A stretch of DNA of 64,000 nt, taken from contig JALGVJ010000002.1 of assembly GCA_029838195.1 (NCBI GenBank), positions 32,001-96,000 of the forward strand, given 5' to 3'. The stretch is from Promethearchaeota archaeon. GTDB lineage: Archaea > Asgardarchaeota > Lokiarchaeia > Sigyniarchaeales > SOKP01. Made by a program: the position numbers and the translations under genes. The notes beneath the pieces are model-generated. The model had not been told where the DNA came from. It ran no database searches and worked only from the letters and a program-made list of their open reading frames with translations. Shown piece by piece: positions 62,523 to 64,000 of the stretch. Numbering within the stretch: position 1 is the first letter of the stretch; each line of letters opens with the position of its first letter.

Positions 62523-63314
62523 ATGGTCAAAAAAGAATATGTTAGTAAAAAAGGAGAAAAGTCTGCGGTAATTATCGAGGATCTGACCTTACAGATTAAA
62601 GAAGGACCAACTATCATACTGGGATTCGCAGGAATCGGATTAATCGGCCCCATAATCTGTAATACCCTTGTAGAGCAAATCCCGGATATTAAAGAAATAG
62701 GATTTGTAACAAGTGAATTACTTCCCCCCATCGCCATCTTCTATGATGGAGTATTAAAACATCCTTTTAGGATTTATTATTCTCCCATGTATAACCTCAT
62801 CGTGGGAATTTGTGAAGTTCCTTTTCAAACACCGAGCGCTTATACGGACTTAGCTAAAACCATTTGTAATTGGGCTTTGTCTGAAGATGTACAAGCGAAA
62901 GAAGTGGTAATTTTTCAAGGAATTCCTCAGAAAGCAATTATTGATGACTTTCCTGTATTCTATGCGGCTGAAGATGATTTAGAAGATCGATTTAAAGATC
63001 TTAACGTTGAAAAAATTTCACGAGGCATCATTAATGGCCCGGAAGCGACTATTATCAACGAAATCCTCACAAATCGCTTACAAGCAATTACCTTATTTAC
63101 ATACGTGTATCAAATTCCCACGCCCGAAGCCGCCGCAGCAATCATTGACGTGTTAAATAAATTATACGATTTAAACATTACCACATCAAAACTCATTGAA
63201 GAAGGAAAAGAGATCAAGGCAAAAATGCTTGAATTAGCCCAGAAAGCACAAGAATATCAGAGACAACAGTTAGGGTCTCCAGAATCTAAAGGATACACGC
63301 AATATTATCAATGA
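62523..63314 (+). CDS. PAC2-family proteasome assembly chaperone
   Basis: GFAGIGLIG, LPPIA..G....PFRIY, P.PEAAA and LIEEGKEIK; ends in QYY-Q. Confidence 0.88.
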   Translation: MVKKEYVSKKGEKSAVIIEDLTLQIKEGPTIILGFAGIGLIGPIICNTLVEQIPDIKEIGFVTSELLPPIAIFYDGVLKHPFRIYYSPMYNLIVGICEVPFQTPSAYTDLAKTICNWALSEDVQAKEVVIFQGIPQKAIIDDFPVFYAAEDDLEDRFKDLNVEKISRGIINGPEATIINEILTNRLQAITLFTYVYQIPTPEAAAAIIDVLNKLYDLNITTSKLIEEGKEIKAKMLELAQKAQEYQRQQLGSPESKGYTQYYQ

Positions 63315-63505
63315 AAAGAAAAGAAAATGATTTATATAAACTCAACATGAATCATCAAAAATCTACTAACTAAATAAGAAAATCTTGTAAGCCTTAAAGA
63401 TATTATATGAATTAAATTAATTTTAATACGAGAATTAATATTTATACCTTATATTATAAAGTGTTAATAGAAAAAAAATTCAAAATGAAAGCGTGAAAAA
63501 TTCAA

Positions 63506-64000
63506 ATGGTTAAAAAAGAATACATTTGCGATGCTGGAAAAAATAGCAAGGTGGTAATTGAAGATTTTTCAGTACAGATAAAGGAGGGTGCTACATTAAT
63601 TGTAGGCTTTGCAGGTATTGGTCTAATAGGACCTATTGTGTGTAACTCCTTAATTGATCAAATTCCCGATATTAAAGAAATAGGATTTATTACGAGCGAA
63701 TACCTTCCTCCGATTGCAATTTTTTATGAAGGTATTCTCAAGCATCCTTTTAGGATCTATTATTCTCCGATGTATAACCTCATCGTTGGAGTTTGTGAGG
63801 TTCCGTTTCAAATTTTTTCTGCTTATAATGATTTATCGCGAACGATTTGTAATTGGGCTCTCTCTGAAGATGTACGGGCAAAAGAAATAATTGTTTTCCA
63901 AGGTATTCCTCAGCGAGGAATTATTGATGATTATCCCGTTTATTATGCGGCTGAAGAAGAGATGGTTGAGGTGTTAGAGAAACACGGTCTTGAAAAAGTC
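63506..64000 (+). CDS. Second, tandem PAC2-family paralog (3' truncated by the window edge)
   Basis: MVKKEYICDAGKNSKVVIEDFSVQIKEGATLIVGFAGIGLIGP... is closely similar to 62523..63314. It is absent from the ORF track because it has no stop in the window. Confidence 0.88.
   Translation, partial: MVKKEYICDAGKNSKVVIEDFSVQIKEGATLIVGFAGIGLIGPIVCNSLIDQIPDIKEIGFITSEYLPPIAIFYEGILKHPFRIYYSPMYNLIVGVCEVPFQIFSAYNDLSRTICNWALSEDVRAKEIIVFQGIPQRGIIDDYPVYYAAEEEMVEVLEKHGLEKV

Noticed and set aside
108-62737. Numerous short antisense or overlapping ORFs in the ORF track (e.g. 2611..2823, 14221..14517, 46664..47098, 61577..61945)
   Set aside because: They lie opposite or inside well-supported genes and carry no motifs.

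Overview
An AT-rich archaeal window whose gene content points to an Asgard (Lokiarchaeia-like) genome: ubiquitin E1 and E2, an Arf/Rag-like GTPase, longin/uDENN-like and GIFT-like domains, a GPN GTPase, tandem PAC2 genes, SmsBC and HdrBC. The taxonomic call is an inference. The main finding is that the E2 ubiquitin-conjugating enzyme gene (4926..5466, -) is interrupted by a 31-nt insert (5243..5273) that folds into a relaxed bulge-helix-bulge (BHB) motif. Cutting it by the standard tRNA-splicing-endonuclease rule restores the frame and canonical E2 spacing, so it is a candidate archaeal pre-mRNA intron in a eukaryote-like ubiquitin gene. About 300 bp away is a tRNA-Tyr(GTA) with two BHB introns (37/38 and non-canonical 59/60). 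Other notable items are a promoter- and terminator-flanked structured RNA of about 150 nt (17610..17757), a split PEP-dikinase-like cluster, a stand-alone SMC hinge protein, a receiver/uDENN-like fusion, a decayed IS701-like element and a frameshifted geranylgeranyl-reductase-family gene. All protein calls come from motif recognition by eye, with no database searches.
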